64,000 nucleotides of DNA from Octopus sinensis (lineage: Eukaryota), in the NCBI RefSeq assembly GCF_006345805.1, contig NC_043002.1, positions 41,354,001 to 41,418,000 of the forward strand, given 5' to 3'. Below, piece after piece: positions 24,221 through 36,340 of the stretch. The position numbers and the translations under genes are program-made. Position 1 is the stretch's first letter. Every line of letters starts with the position of its first letter. The notes below the pieces were generated by a model. It worked only from the letters and a program-made list of their open reading frames with translations. It was not told where the DNA came from and made no database searches.

Positions 24221-24530
24221 GAAGGCGCATGGCTCATTGTAGGTAGTGAGTTGGGTTCCCAGACCAGGCTGTGTGTTGTGTTCTTGAGCAAGACACTTTA
24301 TTTCACATTGCTCCAGTTCACTCAGCTGTAGAAATGAGTTGCGACATCACTGGTGCCAAGTTGTATCAGCATTCGCCTTTCTCTTGGATAACATCAGTGG
24401 CATGGAGAGGGGAATCTGGTATGCATGGACGACTGCTGGTCTTTTATAAAACAACCTTGCCTGGACTTGTGCCTCAGAGAGGAACTTTCTAAGTGCAATC
24501 TCATGGTCATTTGTGACTGAAGGGGGTCTT
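24221..24530 (+). mobile_element. SINE family C
   Basis: GAAGGCGCATGGCTCA head (partly deleted), TTGAGCAAGACACTTTATTTCAC body, GAAGGGGGTCT tail. Confidence 0.8.
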
Positions 24531-25339
24531 TATCCTTATACCCTGTGTCTATAGTAGAAAGGATATTTATATTATAAATACAAAAGAATGTGAGAAGCCG
24601 GTAAGTTGGCAGAATCGTTAGCACACAAGGCAAAATGCTTAGCAGCATTTCATCCATCTTTATCTTTTACTTGTTTCAGTCATTAGACTGCAGCCATGCA
24701 GAGGCTCCACCTCGAAGGACTTTTAATCAAATGAATCAACCGTAGTACATATAATACTTTTTTTTTATTAAACCTTATTTCTTTATTATAGGCACAATGG
24801 CCTGATTATAAAGAGGAGACAATACAAAATACATGCAGGGACACAAAACGAATGAAAAAATGAAATGAAATGAATATAAACAGGATGTAAATGAGACAGC
24901 CACCTTGCCCCCCACTGTGAGATGAACTGTGATTATCTTACTTTCTTAAACTTACAACAATAACTTCACAAAAAACATTGATTTTTACATCTGTCCTAGC
25001 TTTGCTACAATGCGAAACTGTGTCCTTTCCTTTCATTTTTTGCTCTACAGTTCATATGTCCTTTTACAAATTACAATTTTTCTTTTTCCTTTCCTTTTTC
25101 TTTTTTAACATGTAATTGTCTGTTCATCAATTTTTCATTATTACAATTTATAATGTTCATTTTTCTTTTTTTCCTTCGTAATTTTTCTACATTTTCCTAC
25201 TTACCTTTTTCATCCTTTCCTGTTGTTTGTCTCCATTTTTTTGTTTTTCTCTGTGCTTTTTCCTTCCTTCATCTCCTCGCCATTCTGGTTCTTCTCTCCA
25301 CTCCAACTCCATATTCTGCACTCTCTCCTATTCCAGTTC

Positions 25340-25635
25340 ATCTCATATTCCAGTTTATTATTAAGCCTGGTACTTATTCTATCAGTCTATTTTGCTGAAT
25401 CATTAAGTTACAGGGATGTAAGCACATCAACACCAGTTGTCAAGCAATGGTAGGGGACAAACACACACACAAACAAACACACATGTGATAGGCTTCTTTC
25501 AGTTTCTGTCTACCAAATCCATCCACAGAGGTTTCGCTGGCCAGAGACTATAGTAAAAGACAATTGCCCAAGGTGTCAAGGACTGAACCCAGAACTGTGT
25601 GATTAAGAAGCAAGCTTCTTACCTCACAGCCATGC
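25340..25635 (-). mobile_element. SINE family B
   Basis: rc of family B body and head. Confidence 0.75.
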
Positions 25636-25839
25636 TTGCTCCTGTGAGAACGTGTCTGATCATAGGGAAATATTATCTTACTTGGGAACAGGTGAAAGCT
25701 GGCAACAGGAAGGGCATCTGGCTGTAGAAACTCCACCTTAAAAATTCCTTCCAACCTGTGCTACCATGGAATAGTGGACATTGAAATGATGATGGTGGTG
25801 GTGGTGGCAAGGTGTGATTTGATGAAAATTTGCTAGCTT

Positions 25840-26200
25840 TTCCTTGCAGTTTGAATAACCACCATAGAGGCTAGGAAACCCTGTTTGGATTTGAACACAG
25901 AACAGAGGTTTTGCAGAGCAAGTCTGTCAAATCTGATGACGCATGAACAATTTTGATATCACTGATATTTTGTATGGATACTTTAAGAATGAATCTATAT
26001 TTTCAGAGAGCTTTTCTTCATATGAGTTGGTGTTAAAACAAAATGACTGAAATTGTTGCTGGTTAGCTTTTTCAACTCGTGATAAAATGTAGAAGGTATG
26101 AAAACCTTGAAGGTAAATGAAGATTATTATCTGATAAAATGAACGTGCTTCTGGAAGGTTTGTATCTATTTCTTTGTAAGTGATAACCAGATCTTGTTAG
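25840..26200 (-). pseudogene. Possible hAT (ZBED5/SCAND3-like) transposase relic
   Basis: Mixed-frame ISVILF*HQLI*RKAL..ENIDSFLKVSIQNI resembles the THCFLHR.AL..L..AVKIVNFIK region (from memory). Confidence 0.35.
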
Positions 26201-26269
26201 TCAGGAAGTTGTGATTCCTATTAAACACCTGTTACTCACTCAGCTAAATAGTGCAGTATTATATTTCCA

Positions 26270-26790
26270 TTTTATCCATCAGTCAGTCTGTCTATCAATA
26301 TATGTACATATGTATCTATCTATTTATCAGTCTATTTATCTATTTATCTTTGTATCTATCTTTGGCTATATGTTTACCTTTCATCATATTTGTCTATCTA
26401 TGTATCACTCTTTCTATCTACCTGTCTATGTATTACTCTTTCTATCTACCTATCTATGTATCGCTCTTTCTATCTACCTATGTATGTATGTATCGCTCTT
26501 TCTGGCTATCTATCTATATATCTATTTCCTTATCTGTCTATCTATTTGTTTATCTATTTATATTTATATCTCTTTACCTGTATATTTCTTTCTCACTATA
26601 TCTGCCTGTCTATCTGCCTACCTATCTATCTGTCTGCCTACCTATCTATCTATCTGTCTGTCTACCTATCTATTCCCTGCTAATCTTTCAATTTATTCAT
26701 ATCTATCTATTTACTAATCTATGAATTCATCTACACATTTATTTACCTATCCAGGTACCAATCTATTCATTTCCTTATATATCTATTTAC
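26270..26790. repeat. Decayed (TCTA)n tract
   Basis: Direct reading; explains the ORFs at 26211-26724. Confidence 0.9.
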
Positions 26791-27387
26791 CTATCTCTCA
26801 GTGCATGCAGGGCTATGCATGAACAATTTGTCAACCTTTCCTGTCAAAAGAGTACAAAATATCAATTTTCTATTTTCCGGCTGTAATTTAAATCTCAGAT
26901 CATTAAACCTAGTTGGCTGCCTAGATGGTGATTCTATTTCCTTTCTTATTGTCACACTTCATGAATCAGTTACTTTACACTTCTACTTACTTACTCAACT
27001 GTCTGAAACATGTTCCTCTTACCACTTCTTCATTTAGCAAGGTGGGAAGGGAGGGAAGTCCTTTTTTGTTTTGAGTCTTGTTATTACTAAATACTAAGTG
27101 GTGCTGCATAGAAGCATCTATGTGGTGCCACGTAAAAGTGCTTGTGTGACAACATGTAAAAGGCAGTAAGCTGGCAGAAATGTTAGCACACCTGGAAAAA
27201 TGCTTAGTGGTATTTCGTCTGCTGTTACATTCTGAGTTCAAATTCCACCGAGGTTGACTTTGCTTTTCATCCTTTCGGGGTCCTGCACATGCATAAAAAT
27301 TTCCATGCTGGTAGGTGGAGTTGCTTCTGTTGCTCTGCCAACACCTTGAAAAAAAATTTTGCTGACACTCTCCACACACATAAATCA

Positions 27388-27960
27388 TCCATTAAAATGG
27401 AATGCACTTATCTTGTGCTTATTCCCATTTTGTGAGCAATTTCCTGGATTGTCACAGGATGGTCTTCCATGACTATTCATTGAACCTTCTCAATTGGCTT
27501 CTTGTTTTGGTTTGTGGATGGCCTGTCTGATCATACCTTGCCCTCCACTGAGCTGTGACCATGTCTGAAACAGCTGTACCACGCCTTGATCTGAGTTTTG
27601 CCCATGGTATCATCACCAAAGGCCTGCTGAATCTTCTAGATGGTTTAAACTTGAATATCACCAAGCTTCTGGCAAATGTTGATGCAATATTTCTGCTTGA
27701 TATAATATCTCTGCTCGATGCATTCAGTGAAAACGAAAGTCTGATAAGTACATACTATACATCTGTGCTCTAGGCATAAACAGCTAGGGACTGACACGGT
27801 CCAGTGGTAAGAAAATTTTCACAAATATGCTGGAAGTTGTGTTGTCATCTCCCACCCAAAAGATTTTGCCAATGTGGCATTAGGTTTTCTGGGAAAAAAT
27901 ATAGTTGGATTCTTTTTGAACACACCTCATGTTGCTTTAAAATGAATATGTACCATAACA
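27388..27960 (-). pseudogene. Mariner transposase N-terminal fragment with 5' flank
   Basis: Minus strand IKQKYCI.ICQKLGDIQV*TI*KIQQAFGDDTMGKTQIKAWY..SDRPST..IVMEDHPVTIQEIAHKMGIS. Confidence 0.8.
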
Positions 27961-28719
27961 TTTAATCCTTTTGTAAACATATTTCTAATGAAATACACAA
28001 CATGTTTCAGTTATTTTTGAAAATACTCAAGAATTTAAAGAAATTTAGTAGAACAGTCAGTCTTTTTATAATTAAACTAGTGTTTGAAACATAACTTAAC
28101 AAAAAATTCTTACTTAAGATTATTCTGGTAAATTTTAATTTAAATATGAATACTTGAGAAAGAGAGGTTTTTATTTCATTGAACCAGAGGTGGTCTTAGG
28201 CAGGTTGGTATTTAGATTTTTATTCTAGGAATTTGTGGAAGAAAAATACTTAACTGTGAATCAAATATGTACTGTATTAAAGATGAACTATTATAGCATG
28301 TCTTTTAATATTTGAGTGTTTAATGTAAATTATAAGGTATTTGTATAGGTTTTAATAGAGGTTAATTGAACAAGCACTTGATAATTAATCAACAGGGATT
28401 AACCCTTTTGTTACCTTATTCCTGTCAACATGCACTGACTTTGTTTCAGTTAATTTGAAAATAATGAAGAATTAGTAAAATAGCTTTCTCATTATTAAGC
28501 TGGCGTTTGGAACACAAATTAACATGAAGTTTTGATGGAAGGGTTTTATTTAGATTACTTTAAAACAGAATTTGTAATATAGAAATAAGGGTGGTTTCAG
28601 GCAGGTTGACAAAAAAATTGCTTCAAAATATCGATTCAAATTTAAGTAATAGAGAATCAACTTTTTGAAAATATTTTTTGTCTAGTACAATTCTCATTCA
28701 CCTTATCCCTTCACCATCA

Positions 28720-29060
28720 TCATCATCATTTAATGTCTGTTTTCCATGCAGGCATTGGTTGGACAGTTTGATGAGGGCTGGCAAGCTGGAAGGCTGCACT
28801 AGACTCCAGTGTGATTTGGCATGGTTTCTATGGCTGGATGCCCTTCTTAATGCCAACAAATCCGAGCATGCAATGGATGCTTTAATATGCCACCAACACA
28901 GGTACCATTTGCATGACATCAGTATCTGCCATGACTGTGATTTTACTTGGCTTGATGGATCTTCTCAAGCACAACATAATGCCAAAGGTCTAGGTCATTG
29001 CCTCCATGAGGTCCAACACTCGAGAGGATCTTTTCACATGCTACTGGCCTCTTTCCCTTA
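28720..29060 (-). mobile_element. RTE-type LINE 3' end
   Basis: rc of the 49850-50108 tail with (GAT)n end. Confidence 0.8.
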
Positions 29061-29290
29061 TTTCTTTATTGGCCACAAGGGACTAAATGTAGAGGGGACA
29101 AACAAGGACAGACAAAGGGATTAAGTTGATTGCATTCGACCCCAGTGCGTAACTGGTACTTAATTTATCGACCCTGAAAGGATGAAAGGCAAAGTCGACC
29201 TCGGTGGAATTTGAACTCAGAACGTAACGGCAGACGAAATACCGCTAAGCATTTCACCCTGCATGCTAGCGTTTCTGCCAGCTGGCCGCT
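29061..29290 (-). mobile_element. SINE family A, full length, with CpG decay
   Basis: Head and tail both present; several CpG to TpG/CpA changes relative to 42321-42542. Confidence 0.85.
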
Positions 29291-29679
29291 TTACTCACTC
29301 TGATATTTCCCATCAACCATACCTCCACTCTTGTTCATCACTCACTACATTCACTTCGACCTCCATTTCTAACCATCCCTTACTCTCCTGTCACACTCTT
29401 ATGAAACTCCCCATCTTCTTCTCCTGATCCATTACTCATGTTGTTTCTTATGCTCACCTTCTCATACCCTAAGTGTTTGTTCTAGCACCCCTTCACTACC
29501 ATCTTATCTTCTTCCCAGTTATTCCCACCCACCCTTATATAAAGTGTAGATTGATGTTGGAATGTAACATTTTCAATGAACTTACTTCAAAATGCAATGG
29601 GTACTTAATTTTGGGAGTCCTGTCTCAGAAGTCATTTGTCATACAGATTTCTGTGAGGATTGGTGGGAGGGTTTCCAGC

Positions 29680-30008
29680 AATCATTTTTCCTTTGCCGGG
29701 ATGATTAATGACCATGGTCTTCTTGAACACTCCTTATGAACATCATGCACAGTTCCATCTGATTCAACTCATCTCAGATGTGAGCAACGATATGTCATGT
29801 TGGTAGATCTTTGTGAAAATGTTTTCTAAATTGTCTTTGCAATTCCATGATGTTTTTCTGCCTCCAGCTGAACTTCATGATAAATTTTCTTCTTTAAAAC
29901 TTAGTCATACTTCTACGATTATTAAGGTCAATTTGGTCAAAAAAGAAATGAAAAATTCACTGAGTTATGAAGAGTCAAAATGTGAGTACATGTTTTTGGG
30001 ACACCCTG
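29680..30008 (-). pseudogene. Tc1-like transposon 5' end with HTH fragment
   Basis: TIR CAGGGTGTCCCAAAAACATGTACTCAC (rc) ending at 30008 next to TA; decayed QRQFRKHFHKDLPT..SGRP-like reading. Confidence 0.6.
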
Positions 30009-30048
30009 TATATATATATATACACACACACACACATATATATACATG

Positions 30049-30080
<32 letters not shown>

Positions 30081-30085
<5 letters not shown>

Positions 30086-30424
30086 TAAAAGAAAGGAAAA
30101 ACAAAACCAAGGCAGGACAAGCATCTCAGGTCTTTTTGAATATTTAATTAGAGTAAAGGTGACTCAAAAAAAGAAATGTTAGAAGTAAGTAATGTCTTAC
30201 ACCTGTTTCTGGGATATCCCAGGTGATGAGTCAAGATCTCCATACACTGGATATTCCGTCAGTGTACAGAGATGTTGACCCATCACCTAGGATATCCTAC
30301 AAACAGCTGTAAGACATTACTTACTCCCACTTTTTTTGATTTACCTTTATTCTAATTAAATATTCTAAATGACCTGAGATGCTCATTATGCCTTGGTTTT
30401 TGTTTTCCATTTCTTTTAATATAT
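30081..30424. repeat. Long imperfect palindrome (~170-bp arms, ~10-nt loop)
   Basis: The left arm aligns to the reverse complement of the right arm over its full length; loop 30250-30259. Confidence 0.95.
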
Positions 30425-31592
30425 ACTCGCTGACTCAGAAGCCTACTACGGATCCCTTACTCCAGCCTCAGCTGTGAACCTGGAACCTAATACATGACCA
30501 ATTACAGCACCTGCACAGCGTACCTATTGATTTAGGTCATCAGTGAACTAAACCCCTCATTCTTTATATATATATATATATTATTATGGTGGTGGTGGAA
30601 GGAACTGATGGTGTTACTGAATGATAAAATAGAAATAAAATAGAGACATGCTACATCTGAGAGATATTCTAAATGGAAAATGGACAGTGTATCATATGAC
30701 ATAATGAATAGAGCTTCTGGCATATCACATGACCAAAAGATATAAAAAGAAAACAATATTGCCTTGTTTATCTGTTACTTACATTTTTATGGTAAGTTAT
30801 AGTTGTGATTCCATTTTGATGTTAATGACTAGGAGGAAATACCTGAAGACTTGTTCTATATGGAAACCAAATCATAAACTCAATGCTAACACCTATGGCA
30901 ATGAACTATATAACTTTTAGAAGATATCAGTGAAAGTGTCTAAAAAGCAGAATATATTCCTTCAATGATGCCTGTGGAAGCACCTCAATGTCATCCAGTA
31001 GAGAAAGAATTACAAACGAGGAATTTTTTTTTTTTTGCAGAGCAACTTCCAGTCATTGCAAAGTATTGTGATGTTACGTCATTTTCACCTGTCAGGTCAT
31101 TCTTTGTACCTGCCAACTGCTCAATGTGCAAAAGATTGTAATGTCATGGAATGAAAGAAAAGAGAAAAAAATAGTTGGGGTTATGAACACCTGCTACCAA
31201 GCATTCCAGGAAAGTCACAAACAGAAAGAACTGCAGCAGATCAACCACTAGCTGCTTTATTATGCATCTCATAATGTAGGAGCACCTAAATCTAACACAT
31301 GTATTGCAGTGAACCAAGAAATTATGATCAATAAAAATTAATCCCATAGTGACACCAAAGAATTGGTAACTTCATGAATAATTCTGGTCACGCTTCTGCC
31401 AATATCATCTCACTCCCCCTACTGCATAGCTTACATTTTACTTTTAATTAGTTACAATTTCTTGGGTCATTAAACTAAGTCTATTAGTACTGACTTAATC
31501 ATATAGGTGTTGGTAACACAGGGATACAAGAAGCCGGACACAATACAACAGTTTCTTGGTGAATTTTTCAGACTCATGAAATATCTCATCCT

Positions 31593-31827
31593 ATTTCTTT
31601 ACTACTCGCAAGGGGCTAAACATAGAGGAGACAAACAAAGACAGACAGATGGATTAAGTTGATTATATCAACCCCAGTGCGTAACTGGTACTTAATTTAT
31701 CGACCCCAAAAGGATGAAAGGCAAAGTCGACCTTGGTGGAATTTGAACTCAGAACATAACGGCAGACGAAATACGGCTACGCATTTCGCCTGGCGTGCTA
31801 ATGTTTCTGCCAGCTCGCCGCCTAAAT
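31593..31827 (-). mobile_element. SINE family A with 16-bp TSD
   Basis: TGAAATATCTCATCCT 31577-31592 versus TGAAATATCTCAACCT 31828-31843. Confidence 0.9.
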
Positions 31828-32204
31828 TGAAATATCTCAACCTTTACAATGCAAGGGAATAAAACATTTACAAATGATAAATATATGTGTATACATACAT
31901 AAATACATACATACATACATATGTACGTACGTACATATGTAATATTTCCAAAATGTAATATTTCCAAAAATGGTTTCAAAGGGATTTTTAATACTGGTGG
32001 TTACCTTATTTCCTCTAAAATTGGTTTCAATGCCGGCTAGCCACAGCAAATGTTGGTGATACCTGAGTTAGTAATAAGTTACTAGACTCTGGTTATTACC
32101 CTCATCTGATAAAGGAAGAATGCTGAAAAATGTATAACGAAATTATAGATATGGAAAATCTCCATTCTTCTGGCCTTTATTAATATATATATATATAAAT
32201 ATGA

Positions 32205-32800
32205 ATCATCATCATCATTATTTAACATCCATTTTCCATACTAGCATAGGTTGAATGGTTTGATAGGAGCTCACCAGCCAGAGAGCTGCACCAGGTTCCA
32301 GTAGTCTGTTTTGGCATGGTTTCTATAGCTGGATGCCCTTCGTAACACCAACCACTTTACAGAGTTATAGAGTGTACTGGGTGCTTTTTATGTGACACCT
32401 GCATTGGTGCTTTATACATGACACCAGCACAGGTGCTTTTTATGTGGCACTAGTATGGGTGGTTTTTACATGACACCAGCACATTTTACATGGCACTGGC
32501 ACAGTAAAATGTTTATGTGGAACCAGCACCTGTGAGCTCGCAAGACAAGGACCTCTCAGCTGAGAGAGGGAGCAGGGTCATAGCTGTAAAGGACATGCCT
32601 ATATGTGTGGATGGTCACAATTTTACTTAGCTTGATGTGTCTTTTCAAGCACAGCAAACTGGCAGATGTTTCAGTTTCTTACCATCTCCTCAGTGAGGCC
32701 CCATATCTAAAAGATCCTTTCTCACCACTTTGTCCCACATCTTCCACAATTAGAGGTCAGTACTTCTTTATGCAGCCGTCCCCCATCCATAAACATCACA
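32205..32800 (-). mobile_element. RTE-type LINE 3' end with expanded GGCAC/TAAAAGCACC motif
   Basis: Homologous to 49700-50108; motif repeated at 32380-32530. Confidence 0.8.
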
Positions 32801-32829
32801 TGACTTTATCAGTGCAGTCTTCTCCCTTG

Positions 32830-33560
32830 CATGCATCTGATGCCTCTTATACTAAATTTTCCTCTTAAATCATTTACACTCTGTTGTACGTGCACTCTGA
32901 CAACCCATCCAGTTCAAAATTATACAAAAAAAAACAGAGTAAAAAAGATAGAGACAGGTGAGGGAATAACAAACAGGGTGGATTAGTTTGACACTCAGGA
33001 AAAATGGAAGAAGTCTTTGACATTTTGAGCCTATGTTCTTCGACAGCAAGGAATTAGGAAAGAAATCAGATGGAAAGATGGAGAAACAGAGAGAAAAAGG
33101 CATGTCTTGATTAATGATTGAACATGCTGAATTGATCAGAAGGAAGTGGTTGAAGACAGGGGTAGCAACGGAGACAATCGTGACCTGACTAAAGAGCGTG
33201 TGTGTGTGTGTCTGCAAGCATGTGTATGAGGATAAGTATGTGTGTAGGTGGGAGAGCATGTGTGTGGGGGGGAAGCACATGCATGAGTATGAAGATAATG
33301 TGCATGTGCAGAAATGGTATGAGATTGGGGTATCATTGCCAAGTCTGACATCCTGGAGATGTTCAACAAACTGGTCTGCTAAGCTCTGACCAGTTTGACC
33401 AATGTACAAGGAGTGACAGAGAGAGAGAAAGAGCAGAGGATGCAGTAGATTAAACTGCTGAAAGAGAGTAAGGTTGTATCAATACAGTGCTCAATGCAAA
33501 AACTGTATAGCTTAGAAGTGGGTCCAGTGAACTGAGAAAATATTAGGGTTTCAACATAGT
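32830..33560 (-). pseudogene. Penelope-like element 3' part: GIY-YIG endonuclease fragment and pseudo-LTR
   Basis: LIYCILCS..LYIGQTGQSLADQFVEHLQDVRLGNDTPISYHF; degenerate hammerhead-like CTGTCGAAGAACATAGGCTCAAAATG on the minus strand at ~33020-33050. Confidence 0.75.
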
Positions 33561-33618
33561 CTGTTTCAAACTTTAATAGTGGCAGTGTTCTTAAAATAAA
33601 AGCCTATTGTGTGTGTGC

Positions 33619-33655
<37 letters not shown>

Positions 33656-33799
33656 CTGTCGTGTCTGGGTAGAGGCGTTCTCTTTTGGTGCCTTATAATT
33701 TAACACATTAACTGGTAAAATTTCCACTAATTTCTTTTCAATAGTTTTGACTGTCCATTACTCACACTGCATTCCTTTTTATTTGTTTGTGTGCATGTG

Positions 33800-34030
33800 T
33801 GTGTGGATCACACACAACATTTAGTTCCTTCTGCACTATTCAATATATTGGATGGCTACTTCCACCAGTATCAGTCAGCTGCTACTCTTGCACATCAATC
33901 CCATATAATGTTGACTGTCTTCAACTCATATTGAAATGTCTGCTGCTGAGTGATCTTCGGCCTGCCCTTTCATGCCGACCAACAGATGATACCCAATTCA
34001 TGATTGTTTTCAAGTGCTGTTTATCGGTTA
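33800..34030 (-). pseudogene. Tc1-like transposase relic
   Basis: Minus strand GRPKITSAAD-like motif across a frameshift. Confidence 0.35.
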
Positions 34031-34089
34031 CAGAATATATATCTGATGGCTTACAAAGAGCAGTTATTTATTTATTTATTTTTACTTTT

Positions 34090-34432
34090 TTCAATCATTT
34101 AACTGCAACCATGCTGGGTCACTGCTTTGAAGAGTCTAAGTGGAACAAATCAAGCCCAGGACTTTTTTTTTTCTTTAAGCCTGTTACTTATTCTGTTGGT
34201 CTCTTGCTGAATAACTAAGTTAGGGGGATGTAAACACACCAACACTAATTGTTAAATGGTGGTTGGGACAAACACACATATAGATATACGATGAGCATCT
34301 TTCAGTTTCTCTCTACCAAATCCACTCACAAGGCTTTGGTCGATGTAGAAGACACTTATCCAAGGTGCCACTCAGTGGGACTGAACCCGGAACCATGTGA
34401 CTGGGAAACAAATTTTTTACCACACAGCCACG
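34090..34432 (-). mobile_element. SINE family B
   Basis: rc of family B. Confidence 0.8.
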
Positions 34433-34599
34433 CCTATCAAAAAATGTCCATGAAAATCAGCCTACATCATATAAACATAAGGTCAGGGTTTCGGTGAGTG
34501 GCAAGTGATGATTCACAAACTGAAATTTCGTAGAATAAACTGCAAAAAGCCTCTCTTACAAAACTGATTCCCAGACTTATTAGTAGATGTTTTCTAAGG

Positions 34600-34900
34600 T
34601 AACAATGCATATCGATAGTACTCACATCATATAAAATAATACCAGTCAGAAGGAAAATTAAGTGACAACACTCGTCCGTACATGTAAACAAACTAGTGGT
34701 CGTTTTGTGTAACAACATTTATGTCCTGCACTGGTCCTCAACATTTCATTAGTTTGAAACCGGTGATCGTTGAGGTAAGAGATACGTACATAAAAATTAG
34801 ATTTACTGTGCAATGTTTGTTTAATTGAAAGAAACGAACGATCTATTGTTGTTGGACGCAGGTAAGACGAGCTTCCTTCGCAAAATGGCTTAACTCACAG
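34600..34900. promoter_or_regulatory. Candidate (bidirectional) promoter / first-exon cluster
   Basis: DRE-like TATCGATA ~34610, minus donor GTGAGT at 34625-34620, plus donors GAG|GTAAGA 34775 and CAG|GTAAGA 34862, YY1-like AAAATGGC ~34882; at the CpG domain border. Confidence 0.35.
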
Positions 34901-35319
34901 TACAATATTTGTTTAATTGACAGATATTCAAACATTCTCTTGTTGGTGGAACAGTCAGTCATTCACGTTTAAAATTTTCTGATTAGTATTACTCTAGTAT
35001 AATGTACTCACATGTCTACACAATGGCTGATATGTTGCAAGTAATAACATGCAGTGAACTTTGATGTTTAACTTCGAAAGTGTAAATAATGTTGGCCGAA
35101 AATAGTGAAAGCAATGATTTTTTTGCAGAAAGAGACTGGTGTTTCAACTTGAAATATTTCACTTTTAAAATTTTTTGATTTTCAGAAGCCTAATCTAATT
35201 GGTCATCCTCAGAATCAAATCGATTAATTAATTGTTCCAATTCAAATGTTTATTATTATTTCTTTTATTTGAAACAAATTCTGTTCCATGAAGAATAAAT
35301 TCATTCAATGAATGATATC

Positions 35320-36180
35320 AGTTCTAACAATTCTGCCTGCTCACCGCCTTAATATTTCTTTCTACTTAAGGCACAAGACCTGAAATTTTAGGGAATGTGG
35401 TAAGTCGATTACATCGACCCCAGTGCTTGGCTAATGCTTATTTTATTGACTTCGAAAGGATGAAAAGCGAAGTTGACGATTTTTAAGTCAGAACGTAAAG
35501 ACGGACGAAATGCCGCGAAGTATTTTGACCGGTGTGCTAACGATTCTGCTAGTTTGCCACCTTCGCTGCCTTAATATTGGTTTCAAATTAAATTCCGCCG
35601 AAGTCGACTTTGTCTTCCATCCTTTCGGGGTCGATAAATTAAGTACCAGTTGCGCACTGGAGTTGATGTAATCAATTTAATCCCTTTGTCCTTGTTTGTC
35701 CCCTCTATGTTTAGCCCCTTGTGGGCAATAAAGAAATAAATACTGGTTTCAAATTTTGGCACAAGGCCAGTAATTTTGGGGGGCGCCGCTAAATCGATAA
35801 CATTAACCCAAGTGCTCAACTAATACTTATTTTATTAACCTCGAAAGGAAGAAAGGCAAAGTCAACCTCGGCGGAGTTTGTACTCAGAACACAAGGACAG
35901 GCGAAATGCCGCTAAGCATCTTGCACGACATGCTAACGGTTCTGCCAGCTCGCCGCCTTCGCATTGATTTCAAATTTTGGCACAGGGCCAACAATTTCGG
36001 TGGCAGGGCCAAGTCGATTACATCGACTAAAGTGTTCAACTGTTATTTATTTTATCGCCCCCGAAAGGATGAAAGGAAAGTTCACCTTAGCAGAATTTGA
36101 ACTCAGAACTAAAGACTGACGAAATACTGTTAAGCATTTTGTCCGGAGTGTTAACGAGTCTGCCACCTCGCTGCCTTGTC
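35320..36180. mobile_element. Cluster of four SINE family A copies (three minus, one 5'-truncated plus copy with TGGTTTCAAATT TSD)
   Basis: Repeated cores; duplication of TGGTTTCAAATT at ~35578 and ~35743. Confidence 0.8.
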
Positions 36181-36340
36181 ACCTCGATGATATTTAGATA
36201 ACGGCGATTTTTCGCATACAAACGTACATAAAAAAAACATGACAGCCCAAACCATTAAAACTCATTCTCATCGGAGCAAAAATACACAAAGAAACCCATA
36301 ACCCAACTGTCACAAACTGCAGCACTTGCCGTTACCTAAT

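Noticed and set aside
32063-32105. Minus-strand exon with good splice sites
   Set aside because: Stops in all three frames; the region resembles a PLE relic (NKLLDSGYYPHLIKEEC on the plus strand)
33787-34218. 143-aa ORF
   Set aside because: Antisense of a Tc1 relic running into a SINE
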